Source: Azolla caroliniana
Lineage: Eukaryota; Plantae; Polypodiophyta
Direction of reading: 5' to 3'
DNA length: 64,000 bases
NCBI GenBank assembly: GCA_043228905.1
Contig: JBHGNT010000008.1
Span: 7,440,001 to 7,504,000, forward strand
Shown: piece by piece, positions 11,982-21,923 of the stretch
Layout: the number at the start of each line of letters is the position of its first letter
Position numbering within the stretch: position 1 is the stretch's first letter
Notes under the pieces: model-generated
Told to the model about the DNA's origin: nothing
Databases searched by the model: none
The model's input: only the letters and a program-made list of their open reading frames with translations
Position numbers and translations under genes: made by a program

Positions 11982-14085
11982 CCGTGGCCAAGAAGGTGAG
12001 CCTGTGGTTACTCCCTTGCTAAAAGGTAGTTGACGATGGAGAAAATGAATAGCAACCAATCCCAGCTCACGAGCCCCGTAGGGCATAAGACAATGATTCA
12101 ACGACGAGACGCAACAACAACTCTGGATTCGTGGGGGTGGCTTCCTATTTCTCAAAGAAGAGTCGAAATTTCGGATGCTCGAAAGCCATGGAAGAGCTTT
12201 CACCTTCTTGCCGAATGAAATAGGGCATGTGTAGAAACCATGATTGTGGAACTGATGGTAATATTCATGGTATTGCATGTACCATGGAATATCAAGCTGA
12301 TTCCAGTGCCGAGAGTTCACATCCTGAAGTTGATTAAGCTACTCAAGGAGAAAATTGACATGTGGGTTCTCAAACCTTCTAGTGTGACATTCTCGAATCG
12401 GTGGTTCACTATACTGAAAAAGAACACCTCAACAACAAAGACAAGCCAGACCTTGACAACCGCAACAACAAAGACGAAGATAGGCAAGAGTGGATCTTCA
12501 GGATGGTGAGGATTACGTTATCGAAGACTAACTACCTTTGTCCCCACCAATTGTTCTTTATTCTGGCACATGTCGGAGGATGCATAGTTTGGTGGGGATG
12601 GATGTTGTGATGTGGTGCGGCTAAAGGTAGAAAATGGGTTTGGTGGGGGTGAAAGTGTGGGGAAAAGGAGGGGAAGATATGTAAAAGAGGGGGAAAAGAA
12701 ACAGTTAGAGAGAGGGGAAAAAAGAGGGGCGAGACAATGTTCTATGCAAAGAGATAGAAGGGAATAAAAGATATGTTAGGACGACAAGGATTAAGGAGAG
12801 CATTGAATACAAAGGGCGTGCCCTTGTCCTATAAAAGTAGCAGAGGGCACATTTTCTTGAACTTGGAGGATTTTGGGGCATTTTAGTATTCTGCAAACAC
12901 TTTTGTGTTTTGAGGAGTTGGTTTTAGCACTTGGAGAAGTTTCAAGGAGTGGATTATGGAGCTTGTATGCCAGTCACACAAATAGAGAGTGGACTAGCCT
13001 CTGAACTCTACACCGATCATGGTGTCGAATCCATTGGTGGTAGGTACGATCTTGGCAGCCCACTCATCTTGTCTTCACTAGAAGCTTAATCCCTCCTCTC
13101 CTATCCTTCCTTCTTCTCGTTGTTGTATAATTCGTGGTTGGCTTTTCCACCACAATTGTAATAGCCCGTACAAAATGTTGTTTACTAGTAAAATATAAAG
13201 GGGTTCTCTTGTGTAATCAAATGTTTTTGATCAACTAATTAAGCTCCTCATTTTGTAGTATCTCTTATCGGTCCTTGATTAGTTTAATCAAACGTTCCTG
13301 ACCTAAAGAATAGACACTCCTTTCATAATCATGTGTTACTACTCTAACCCCACGTACTCATGGTCTAATATGATCAAAGTGCAATACTCAAACTCTCAAA
13401 CTTGTTTAGGGCAAAATATGCATAGTTGACCACTTTCATCACTTGTGCCCCAATGCCCTATCTCAAATCGTGATGCATGGAAGTAATGGCTCGAATGGCA
13501 GACAATTGAATGGGCTCTAACATATATTAATGTGTATGGTTTCCCCATTTGAGAAAGAATATGGTTTTGTAGTTAAGTGCAACATGTGTAGTATAATGTT
13601 TGAAGGTGTGAGCCTCCACATTTGTTTGATGATACATTGGCGTTGCAAAAAGGCCACATTTAGAGAGGAATCTAGAGATGCATCATGAAGCAAGGGGATT
13701 GTTGTACGTTTAGGGTTAGGGTTGATAATTTTGATAGTGATGATGATTAACATTGATGAAGATAAAAATGGTGGAATAGGGTTATGGATTGAATGTTGAT
13801 TATTGATCATGGAGATGGTGTTGAATGTTGATACACATTGCAGGGTAGTGATAACAATGAAGATGGAAATGGTGATGGCGACATTGATAAACATTTAGGG
13901 TTGATAGATTGATAAACATTGCGGGGTGGGGGATGGTGCTTAGAATGACTCCCACCCCCTCCCAAGGGGTTCAACGTAAAGGAGAGAATTAGAATTTTAG
14001 AATTAGAATTTTTATCGTCCATAAAGAGGCCAATTTTGACCTATGGGACCAGAGTATACATGTGTTCTTGATATATGTCTCCTTC

Positions 14086-14842
14086 CTAAGAAGGGGTATT
14101 CATATGTTGAAGCACAAAGTCTCTATGTGTTAATAAAGCATACACATATGAGCTCAACCTTCTAGGTGGTGTCTTAAGTATGGATCTTAAGTTATCACTC
14201 CCTCTTAGTATGTCAACATATCTTGAACGAATTGCACTATATGTCGAGCATGTGAAGAGCAAGTGACATTCATCTTCTACCATGCCTTCATTGCATACTT
14301 TACATGTCTTCAAATTCATTACATTTTGATACCATGATGCAACTTCAATACCTAACTTGTGAGATCGAGTGCGAAGTAGTGTAAGGGCTCTACGAGCATT
14401 GCTACTCATATTGGTAATGAGATAATATTGGATACGATCAATAGACATTCTTGCTTTATATTGAGACCAACATTCAGGGTTGACATTTGCAATGTAGTAT
14501 TCTAGCTTTGTCCTCTTAGCATCCTCCCACTTCATCCTTAATGATTCCACCAACCTTTCCTCAATCATTACATATTGCATAACATTGCTTGAAAGCCCTA
14601 AAAGATCATCCACACCCCATCTTCTAAACCATTTCTTTATGTCAACAACCCAACCAGATGAGAGAATCTTACTTTTATGATTCTTTTGTGGCTTACATCC
14701 AACATTCCAAGAAATGTGGTAATCGATGGTTCAACATATTCTTGACTTTTGTAATGTATTTATATACTCTTTGGAGTGCCAATAGTTCTATGGGTTGAAC
14801 ACCCGTTTCCAAGAGCATAACCTGATAAGAGGTAGTGCATTT
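14086..14842 (-). mobile_element. LINE, 3' part (post-RT region and CCHC domain)
   Basis: Reading frame continues across B (RRQLGVKC|TTSYQVMLLETG); CKVC...EDECHLLFTC. Confidence 0.85.
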
Positions 14843-15211
14843 TGTTGTCCAGAGGACAGAAATGTAAAATTAGGAAATTAGCAAACGCCGAGTCTGAGTA
14901 TCACGGGCCACCGATGGCTCGGCGGTGTGTTAGGGGAAAAGTTATTTAAACGAGGAGCAGTACCTCAGAAAGGGAGAGAAGAAAATTATAGGCGGAAGCA
15001 CTAGCTTAGTCATTCGAATTAGATAAACTCGTAAGGTCACCGGCCATAGGCCGTGTTCTGTAATCCTTTTCTGCCATAGTAATATATCTTAATTGTGCCT
15101 ATTTTGCTGCATGAGTTTGTGTTTCGATCTATACCTATGAGTTTCACGCCGCCACGTCTATCAAAACCTCGCTAGTGTTTTCTCTCTGAGCCCTGTATCT
15201 CTCTCGACGCC

Positions 15212-15631
15212 TGTTACCGGCCGGCAAGGAGTCCAAAATACGGAGTGAAGGAATTAATTATATATGGTTGTAAATGAGGATAGTGTGGACGGACGGACTG
15301 GAAACGGTATGCCGTTCCAGATCCGGACGGATCCCGAATAGGTGCGAGGGGCACCGTTTTGTACTACGGGCCGGAAACCTATTTAAAGGCCTGGACCCCA
15401 TTGTAATGACAGCGGATAATTAATTAAGCTTATGATGTGTATACTTCTGTCTTGATTTCCGTCCTGTAATCACTGTTATATCTTACGCGTGTAATTAACC
15501 AAAGCAATCTAATCGTGTAACCTACTTAAGTCGGTGTAATCGTTGAATCTTAATCCTATGCCGTAATCACCCTTTGGTGAAGTGTCTCCGTGACACCTTG
15601 TGTTAGGCCTTGTCCGGCTAAGAGAATAACA
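15212..15631 (+). repeat. A 5' LTR
   Basis: TGTTA...TAACA; TATA-like CCTATTTAAAGG near 15378 on the + strand. Confidence 0.95.
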
Positions 15632-15637
15632 CAGTTT

Positions 15638-15647
15638 TGGCGACCAC
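15638..15647 (+). promoter_or_regulatory. A primer-binding site, tRNA-Arg(UCG) type
   Basis: TGGCGACCAC, 6 nt after the LTR; complement of the recalled tRNA-Arg(UCG) end ...GTGGTCGCCA. Confidence 0.65.
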
Positions 15648-15682
15648 GATTCCTGCTTTCTCGCAGCGAACGACGGTAATGG

Positions 15683-18600
15683 ATGACTAGACCAACGCAC
15701 GACTTGGTTACAGACCGAGCTCGACGCCTCGCCGAACGGCAAAGACGGCGTGAGACTTTCCAGCAAGCAGCGCAGGAAATTCGCTCGGATCGTTCGTTCT
15801 CCAACGAGATCCGGAGAGTCGCGGAGGAATCTCTCCGGTTACGGCAAACTCGCGACCAGGACGACGGAAGCAGTCTAAGTAGTCTCCGGGAAACCGAACG
15901 CCTCCTGGAGGCACTAGCAAGCGGAGAAAACGAGGCAGAAGCCTTTTCAGCCTACGAATCGGATTCCGAAGGGGGATACAACGTGCACACGAACTACCGG
16001 AGCAGCAACGATACCCCCGGCGGCCCGGAGGACGACGGGTCGGATACCGTGCCGACTCCAGAACCGGAACCGCTCAACCAGGGTTATCCGGAACCACAAA
16101 CGGAAGCCGTCAACCCACCAACACCGGAAGTGGAAGAAGCAAAGCCACCAACACCAACGAAAGAGCCGGCAAAGGTACCGGAAGAAGCGCCGGTGAAGGA
16201 ACCGGAAAAAGAATCGGAAAAAGCACCGGAAGTGGAACCGGAGAGAAAACCGGAAAGATATCAACGAACGCCACTAAACCGCGGCCTAATACTGGACGAC
16301 GACATGCCGTTCCAATACTCAAAGTATCGCGATGATCCGGACGCGGAAGCGCATGTTGATGACTTCGAGCAGACATGGGAAGCAAATCACACGTCCCAGC
16401 GAATGACACCGGAGGAAGAAGAACGCTCGAAGATAGCGGAATTCGGAGTCACGTTGGAGGGACCAGCGACACGATGGCGGCGGTCGCAGGACCCGGCGAC
16501 CATCACAACATTTGCAGAATTAAAAGCAAAATTCTTGCATTTTTTCCACAAGGAGGTCGACCAGACGACAATGGTGGGCCTGTTTTATACGATCCGACAG
16601 GAGGCAGGGGAAAGCATTCCCCAATTCGTCATCCGTTTCCAACGAATGCATAGCCAGCTTGCCCGTGCACCTCCGGAGGAGGAATTACGGACGATATTTT
16701 TAAACGCACTCCGGGAACCGTTACGCACGGTGTGTACGGTAATCGACTTTCGAGGATGCACCATCGACCAGGTCATTGACCGGGTCAGAGAAATGGAAAA
16801 GACAAGCTCATGGCTTACGCTGGGAACACTGCAACGGGCGTTACCCACCGAGGAAGATCTCCGGTTCCGGCAGGCAATTCAATGCACAATCTGCTTGAAT
16901 GCCGGACACTCGGCAGTAGAGTGCACCATGCGCACTCAGTGTGTGATTTGTCAATCCAAGAGTCATACAACGGACCGGTGCGAGTACAACCTGTTAAATC
17001 GACAAGCACCACCCGTCCGACGGATCGAGCCAAGAAGCAGCCGAGACGAAGATGACGATCGTTGGCAAAGAGTGAACCGGTACCCACCGGCACAGGATGT
17101 CCGGTACGGGGACAGGCAAGAGAATGACGGCCGGTACGGGAATCGGCGTGATAACTACGACCGGTATGAGCGATCGGACCGTTATCGGGAGCCTAACAGA
17201 CGACACGAGCAATACGACAGAGACCATTCCCCGGGTTACCGAAGGCACCAGGAGGACTACGGCCGATTTTACGATCTACCACGACCGGACTATCGAAATA
17301 AAAACAAGAATAATAAGAAACGTAATTTCAAGAAAGGTGGTCACACTAGGGACCCGGAACATGGAGCCCCAAGGAGCCAACCGGCACAGAACGCACCACT
17401 CACTACGGGAACGACTCCGGCTACCAGCAATGCTGAATCCAGTAATACCCGTAAAGAGTACTGCTATTACTGCAGGCAGGAAGGCCACTACAGTAACCAG
17501 TGCCCGGTAAAGAGCTACGAGAAACGACCAGCAGTTAATATGGTGGTTCCGGAAGTGGCGGATATACAGCAAGTAACCACACGGTCGAAAGGCATGGCTA
17601 AAGAATGGGAAACACAAGAGGCCATACGAAAACAGGCGACGGAATGGGTGAAGGAAGCCAATGAAAGGAACGTCGCGGACGCGGAACGGCAAAAGGCGAA
17701 TACCATAGGGAGTGCCGGCGGTAGCCACCCAGAAAACGAGACATGGCAAGCACTGCAGGAATGTCAGATCACGTTGCCGTTAGGACGACTCTTGCAACTC
17801 GTGCCGCGATTTACGGAAGGACTAAAAACGGGCATGACAGACGGTATAGCTCCACCGGCACCAGTCCTTTTCTCGAATCCGGAGGAGGGACCGACGGTGG
17901 TGGACACTAGTAGTCCGGCGATTACAGCTATTGTCAAAGGGCACGAACTTCCCGGCACCGTAATCGATGGAGGTTCCGGGGTGAATGTAATAAGCCTACG
18001 TACGTGTGATACCTTGGGTATACATGAATGGGAGCCATGCCCGTTCTGGCTACGGATGGCGGATACGAGCTCGGTACGGCCGACGGGCTTAATACGGAAA
18101 TTGGAAGTCACCATAGGAGGTCACACATTTCACATCTCGGCTGTAGTGCTGCAGCTACAGGCGCAAGGCGCGTACCCTCTGTTGCTGGGCAGACCATGGT
18201 TGAAAACAGCACACATCAAGCAAAATTGGCGAAAAAATATGATTACCTTCCGTCGCGGAAAAGCCAAGATCCGGGTACCGACACAACCACGGACAAGCAA
18301 TGGTAAGGAATGCACACCGCTGTATGCGGAATGTGTGAACATGCTTGAAGGATTGGCAGACGACGAAGAAGCCCAGTACTTGGAGGAACACCCGAAGATC
18401 GTACCACTCTTCGAGATTGACGTAGCTGAAGCCGTAGCCTCATACTTGCCGCAGCGGGACGACACCGAAGCCGAACCAGACAAAGATGCGATTCGGGAAT
18501 TACGGCAAGCACAGGAAGCGCTGGAACGGGAAATGGCCGTTTCCCAACGGGTAAAAGCATCCCAGCTCGACGAAGTGAACCTAGGAAGCAAGGACGAATC

Positions 18601-21547
18601 AAAGCCGGTATACATCGCCAAAGAAATGAAGCCGGAAGATAAAGCGGCGATGATCAAACTTCTCACGGAGTTTCGCGACGTATTCGCCTGGTCATACGAA
18701 GACATGCGAGGGCTGGACCCTCAATTATATCAGCATCAGATCCACTTAGGCAAGGACGCGAAACCAGTGGCGCAACGACGTTACCGAATGAACCCCAACT
18801 ACGCCGCCAAACTGAAGGAGGAAATCGACAAACTCCTAAGAGTGGGCTTCATCCGACCGGTAAAGAAAGCGACGTGGCTGAGCCCCATCGTCGTCGTCCC
18901 CAAGAAGAACGGTAAAATCCGTGTGTGTGTAGATTACAGGAAACTAAATGCCGCCACAATTACGGATGCATTCCCTCTTCCGTTCACGGACGGAGTACTG
19001 GATGCCGTCGCCGGTCATGAAGTTTATAGCTTTCTAGACGGGTTCAGCGGGTACAATCAAATCCGGATGCACCCGGACGACCAGGAGAAGACAGCGTTCG
19101 TCACCGAATGGGGGGTGTTTGTGGCCGAAGTCATGATGTTCGGCCTAAAAACGGCACCAGCAACTTTCCAGCGAATCATCATGGAGATCTTCGGCGAATA
19201 CATTCCTGCCTTCATGCAAGTTTTCCTGGATGATTTTGCAGTCTATAGCCGGGGAAAAGACCATTTGCAGCACCTACGGTTATGCCTTGAAAAGTGTAGG
19301 TTATACCGGCTAAGCTTAAACCCAGCGAAATGCATCTTTGGAGTTTCAAGTGGAATATTGCTGGGACACATTGTAAGTAAGGAGGGCATTGCGGTCGACC
19401 CGGACAAAGTAAACGCCATACTAGGGGCACCGGCACCGAAAACAGCCAAAGCACTAAGCCGATTCTTAGGACAGATCCGGTGGCACAGCCGGATGCTCCG
19501 TCACTTGGCTGATTTGGCTACACCATTACACACCGCGGTACATCGGACACCGTTTCAATGGACGGATACGGAGGATAAGGCATACAATGCCCTGAAGGTA
19601 CTTTTGTCGCAAGCACCCGTCGTGCAGCCTCCGGATTGGAGCAAGGAATTTCACGTGTTCGTTGACGCATCCGACATCGCTATTGGCAGCGCCTTAATGC
19701 AACTTACGGAGCCTAAATGGTACCGGCCGGTCTATTACGCCAGCCGGAAGCTGTCCCAAGCGGAGAAGAACTATTCGACGACGGAACGGGAGGCCCTGGG
19801 CATGATCTATAGTGTAACAAAGTTTCGTCATTACCTATTGGGAAGGAAGTTCTCCTTCCATGTGGATCACTCGGCGCTCCTGTACTTAGTATCCAAGGCG
19901 TCCTTGACCGGTAAGTTGGCCCGTTGGACCTTGCTGTTGCAGGAGTTCGAATTCAAGATTTTCCACCGGCCCGGTATCCAGCATGCCGTAGCAGACTATC
20001 TAAGCCGATTAGAGTCCGGAGAACCAGGCGACGGAGTAGCGGATGAATTCCCGGACGCAGAGTTATTCCGTATCACCCCGGAAACGGCAGCGGACGACAC
20101 GGTGGCATCAGAAGATAGGTGGCTGACAAACATGCACCAGTTCCTAAGCACGGGCCTGCCACCGGAGGAAATGAACCGGGACGAGAGGAAACGACTGGCG
20201 GTGCAGAGCCGCAATTTCTGTCTGTTACGGGACACTCTCGACCACAAAGGAGCAGATGGAATATGGAGACGGGCAGTCCATAGTGACGAGAAAGAGGTAA
20301 TCTTACAGGAAGCACACTGTGGGGTTGCCGGAGGACACTATGCCGGGGAAGCGACGGCAAGGAAAGTATGGCAGAGCGGCTTATGGTGGCCCACGACGTT
20401 AAAAGACGCCGTCAAGTATGCTAAGGAATGTGACCTATGCCAACGAACGGGCCAGCCTACGGAGCAAGCACGGATGCCACACCAACCCGTACTTCCGCTA
20501 GAGCCATTCCAGAAGTGGGGGTTGGATTTTGTCGGACCGTTCAAGCCACCGGCAATGAGAACGGGTAATCGTTATGTCATCGTGGCAACGGATTATTGCA
20601 CTAAATGGGTGGAAGCTAAGGCCCTGAGAGACAACACCGCGTCATCCACAGCAAAATTCCTGTACGAAAACATTTGGTGCCGATATGGATGTCCGATTGA
20701 ATTAATCAGCGACCAAGGAGGGCACTTCCTCGGCCAGGTAGTGGAAAGCTTAACAACGTTCTATGCCGTGGTTCATAAACGAAGCACACCGTACTACCCA
20801 CAAGCGAACGGGTTAGCAGAGTCCACCAACAAAACGCTGCAGAACATTCTCCGCAAAATTGTCAATGAAAACCGGACGGACTGGGACACAAAGCTCCACA
20901 GCGCACTATGGGCGTACCGAACGGCATACAAAACAAGTATCCGGACAACGCCGTTCCGGTTACCGTTCGGCTTAGAAGCGGTCATGCCGATGGAATTTCA
21001 GGTACCAAGCTTACGGATCCAACTACGGGAACGGCTGAATGAAAAGAAGTCGGAGGAAATGCGGCTAGCAGCACTATGCGAACTGGAGGAGCAACGGCTG
21101 GCCAACATCCTCCACATGGAACTAGAGCAACGACGACGGAAAGCGTTCGTTGACCGTCACCGGAAAGGTAACGAAAAGATGTTCGAAATCGGAAAGCCGG
21201 TTCTAGTATTCCAAACGAGGATGGGCAAAATGCCGGGTAAACTCCGGTTCAGATGGACAGGCCCGTATTGGCTGACAAGGGAATACAACGGGTCCTATCA
21301 GATAGGGACACTTGCCGGTGAAGTACTAGGCAAGTGGGTGAACGGATTTCGACTAAAGCCCTATAGAGGACCGATGCCAAAGAACCCGTTTATGCAGCAA
21401 ACCGGCACTATACCGGGAACCTGTCCGGGATCGGTACGGATCGATCCGGAAGAAAAAGACGACGGGGAACCCGTAGCAGAGACGAAGGAAAATACGGCAA
21501 CCCGTAAGGAAAACGGTAAGGGTCCGAAGGGACCTACGGATGTGTAA
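15683..21547 (+). CDS. A gag-pol polyprotein, 1954 aa (Gag with 3 CCHC knuckles, PR, RT, RH, INT)
   Basis: IDGGSG protease; FLDGFSGY and VFLDD RT; VDASD RNase H; HHCC, WGLD, SDQG, AESTN integrase; GPY motif; no chromodomain. Confidence 0.96.
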   Translation: MTRPTHDLVTDRARRLAERQRRRETFQQAAQEIRSDRSFSNEIRRVAEESLRLRQTRDQDDGSSLSSLRETERLLEALASGENEAEAFSAYESDSEGGYNVHTNYRSSNDTPGGPEDDGSDTVPTPEPEPLNQGYPEPQTEAVNPPTPEVEEAKPPTPTKEPAKVPEEAPVKEPEKESEKAPEVEPERKPERYQRTPLNRGLILDDDMPFQYSKYRDDPDAEAHVDDFEQTWEANHTSQRMTPEEEERSKIAEFGVTLEGPATRWRRSQDPATITTFAELKAKFLHFFHKEVDQTTMVGLFYTIRQEAGESIPQFVIRFQRMHSQLARAPPEEELRTIFLNALREPLRTVCTVIDFRGCTIDQVIDRVREMEKTSSWLTLGTLQRALPTEEDLRFRQAIQCTICLNAGHSAVECTMRTQCVICQSKSHTTDRCEYNLLNRQAPPVRRIEPRSSRDEDDDRWQRVNRYPPAQDVRYGDRQENDGRYGNRRDNYDRYERSDRYREPNRRHEQYDRDHSPGYRRHQEDYGRFYDLPRPDYRNKNKNNKKRNFKKGGHTRDPEHGAPRSQPAQNAPLTTGTTPATSNAESSNTRKEYCYYCRQEGHYSNQCPVKSYEKRPAVNMVVPEVADIQQVTTRSKGMAKEWETQEAIRKQATEWVKEANERNVADAERQKANTIGSAGGSHPENETWQALQECQITLPLGRLLQLVPRFTEGLKTGMTDGIAPPAPVLFSNPEEGPTVVDTSSPAITAIVKGHELPGTVIDGGSGVNVISLRTCDTLGIHEWEPCPFWLRMADTSSVRPTGLIRKLEVTIGGHTFHISAVVLQLQAQGAYPLLLGRPWLKTAHIKQNWRKNMITFRRGKAKIRVPTQPRTSNGKECTPLYAECVNMLEGLADDEEAQYLEEHPKIVPLFEIDVAEAVASYLPQRDDTEAEPDKDAIRELRQAQEALEREMAVSQRVKASQLDEVNLGSKDESKPVYIAKEMKPEDKAAMIKLLTEFRDVFAWSYEDMRGLDPQLYQHQIHLGKDAKPVAQRRYRMNPNYAAKLKEEIDKLLRVGFIRPVKKATWLSPIVVVPKKNGKIRVCVDYRKLNAATITDAFPLPFTDGVLDAVAGHEVYSFLDGFSGYNQIRMHPDDQEKTAFVTEWGVFVAEVMMFGLKTAPATFQRIIMEIFGEYIPAFMQVFLDDFAVYSRGKDHLQHLRLCLEKCRLYRLSLNPAKCIFGVSSGILLGHIVSKEGIAVDPDKVNAILGAPAPKTAKALSRFLGQIRWHSRMLRHLADLATPLHTAVHRTPFQWTDTEDKAYNALKVLLSQAPVVQPPDWSKEFHVFVDASDIAIGSALMQLTEPKWYRPVYYASRKLSQAEKNYSTTEREALGMIYSVTKFRHYLLGRKFSFHVDHSALLYLVSKASLTGKLARWTLLLQEFEFKIFHRPGIQHAVADYLSRLESGEPGDGVADEFPDAELFRITPETAADDTVASEDRWLTNMHQFLSTGLPPEEMNRDERKRLAVQSRNFCLLRDTLDHKGADGIWRRAVHSDEKEVILQEAHCGVAGGHYAGEATARKVWQSGLWWPTTLKDAVKYAKECDLCQRTGQPTEQARMPHQPVLPLEPFQKWGLDFVGPFKPPAMRTGNRYVIVATDYCTKWVEAKALRDNTASSTAKFLYENIWCRYGCPIELISDQGGHFLGQVVESLTTFYAVVHKRSTPYYPQANGLAESTNKTLQNILRKIVNENRTDWDTKLHSALWAYRTAYKTSIRTTPFRLPFGLEAVMPMEFQVPSLRIQLRERLNEKKSEEMRLAALCELEEQRLANILHMELEQRRRKAFVDRHRKGNEKMFEIGKPVLVFQTRMGKMPGKLRFRWTGPYWLTREYNGSYQIGTLAGEVLGKWVNGFRLKPYRGPMPKNPFMQQTGTIPGTCPGSVRIDPEEKDDGEPVAETKENTATRKENGKGPKGPTDV

Positions 21548-21923
21548 GGTCACACACCGTCATTAAAAATTGAAAAAAAATAAAATAAAAAAAAAATCAT
21601 TAAAAATCGAGGTATGAACGGGTGTGAAAGCAAGGAGCGAAAAGGTACGTAGTGGGCATTTAAGAGCTGCCACGTACTTAATACTAAATAGGTACACGAC
21701 GTGCGCATGCTCGAAAAAAGGCGCCAAGACGCACAGAGAAAAAGAAGAGCGCATGGAGACCTTCTTTTTTCGCGAGCCAAGAAGCACAGAAGCACCAAGG
21801 CAGTGGAAGCTGAGCAAACGCGAACCTGTACGCAGAGAACCCCCACGTTCAGAACGATCTCTCTCTCGTCCTCACTCTCATCACCACTCTACCTCGCCAT
21901 CTTTCCTCGACCTCGAAGCAGAC

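Larger units (their letters stand above)
5990..13330 (+). mobile_element. Old relic of a D-type gypsy element, split by D; degenerate pre-RT/RT at 11982-12420; probable 3' LTR from ~12603
   Basis: HTKYKT|VAKKV continues across D; HVPWNIKLIPVPRVHI...NRWFT is homologous to D pol; 3' end resembles that of D; outer limits approximate. Confidence 0.55.

Noticed and set aside
11981-11985. 5-bp TSD ACCGT for D
   Set aside because: Would require the LTR to lose its terminal CA and break the TGTCGT/ACGACA inverted termini; 4-bp CCGT preferred.
13340-14080. Possible MITE or gene fragment
   Set aside because: No terminal repeats, TSD or recognisable coding motif found.
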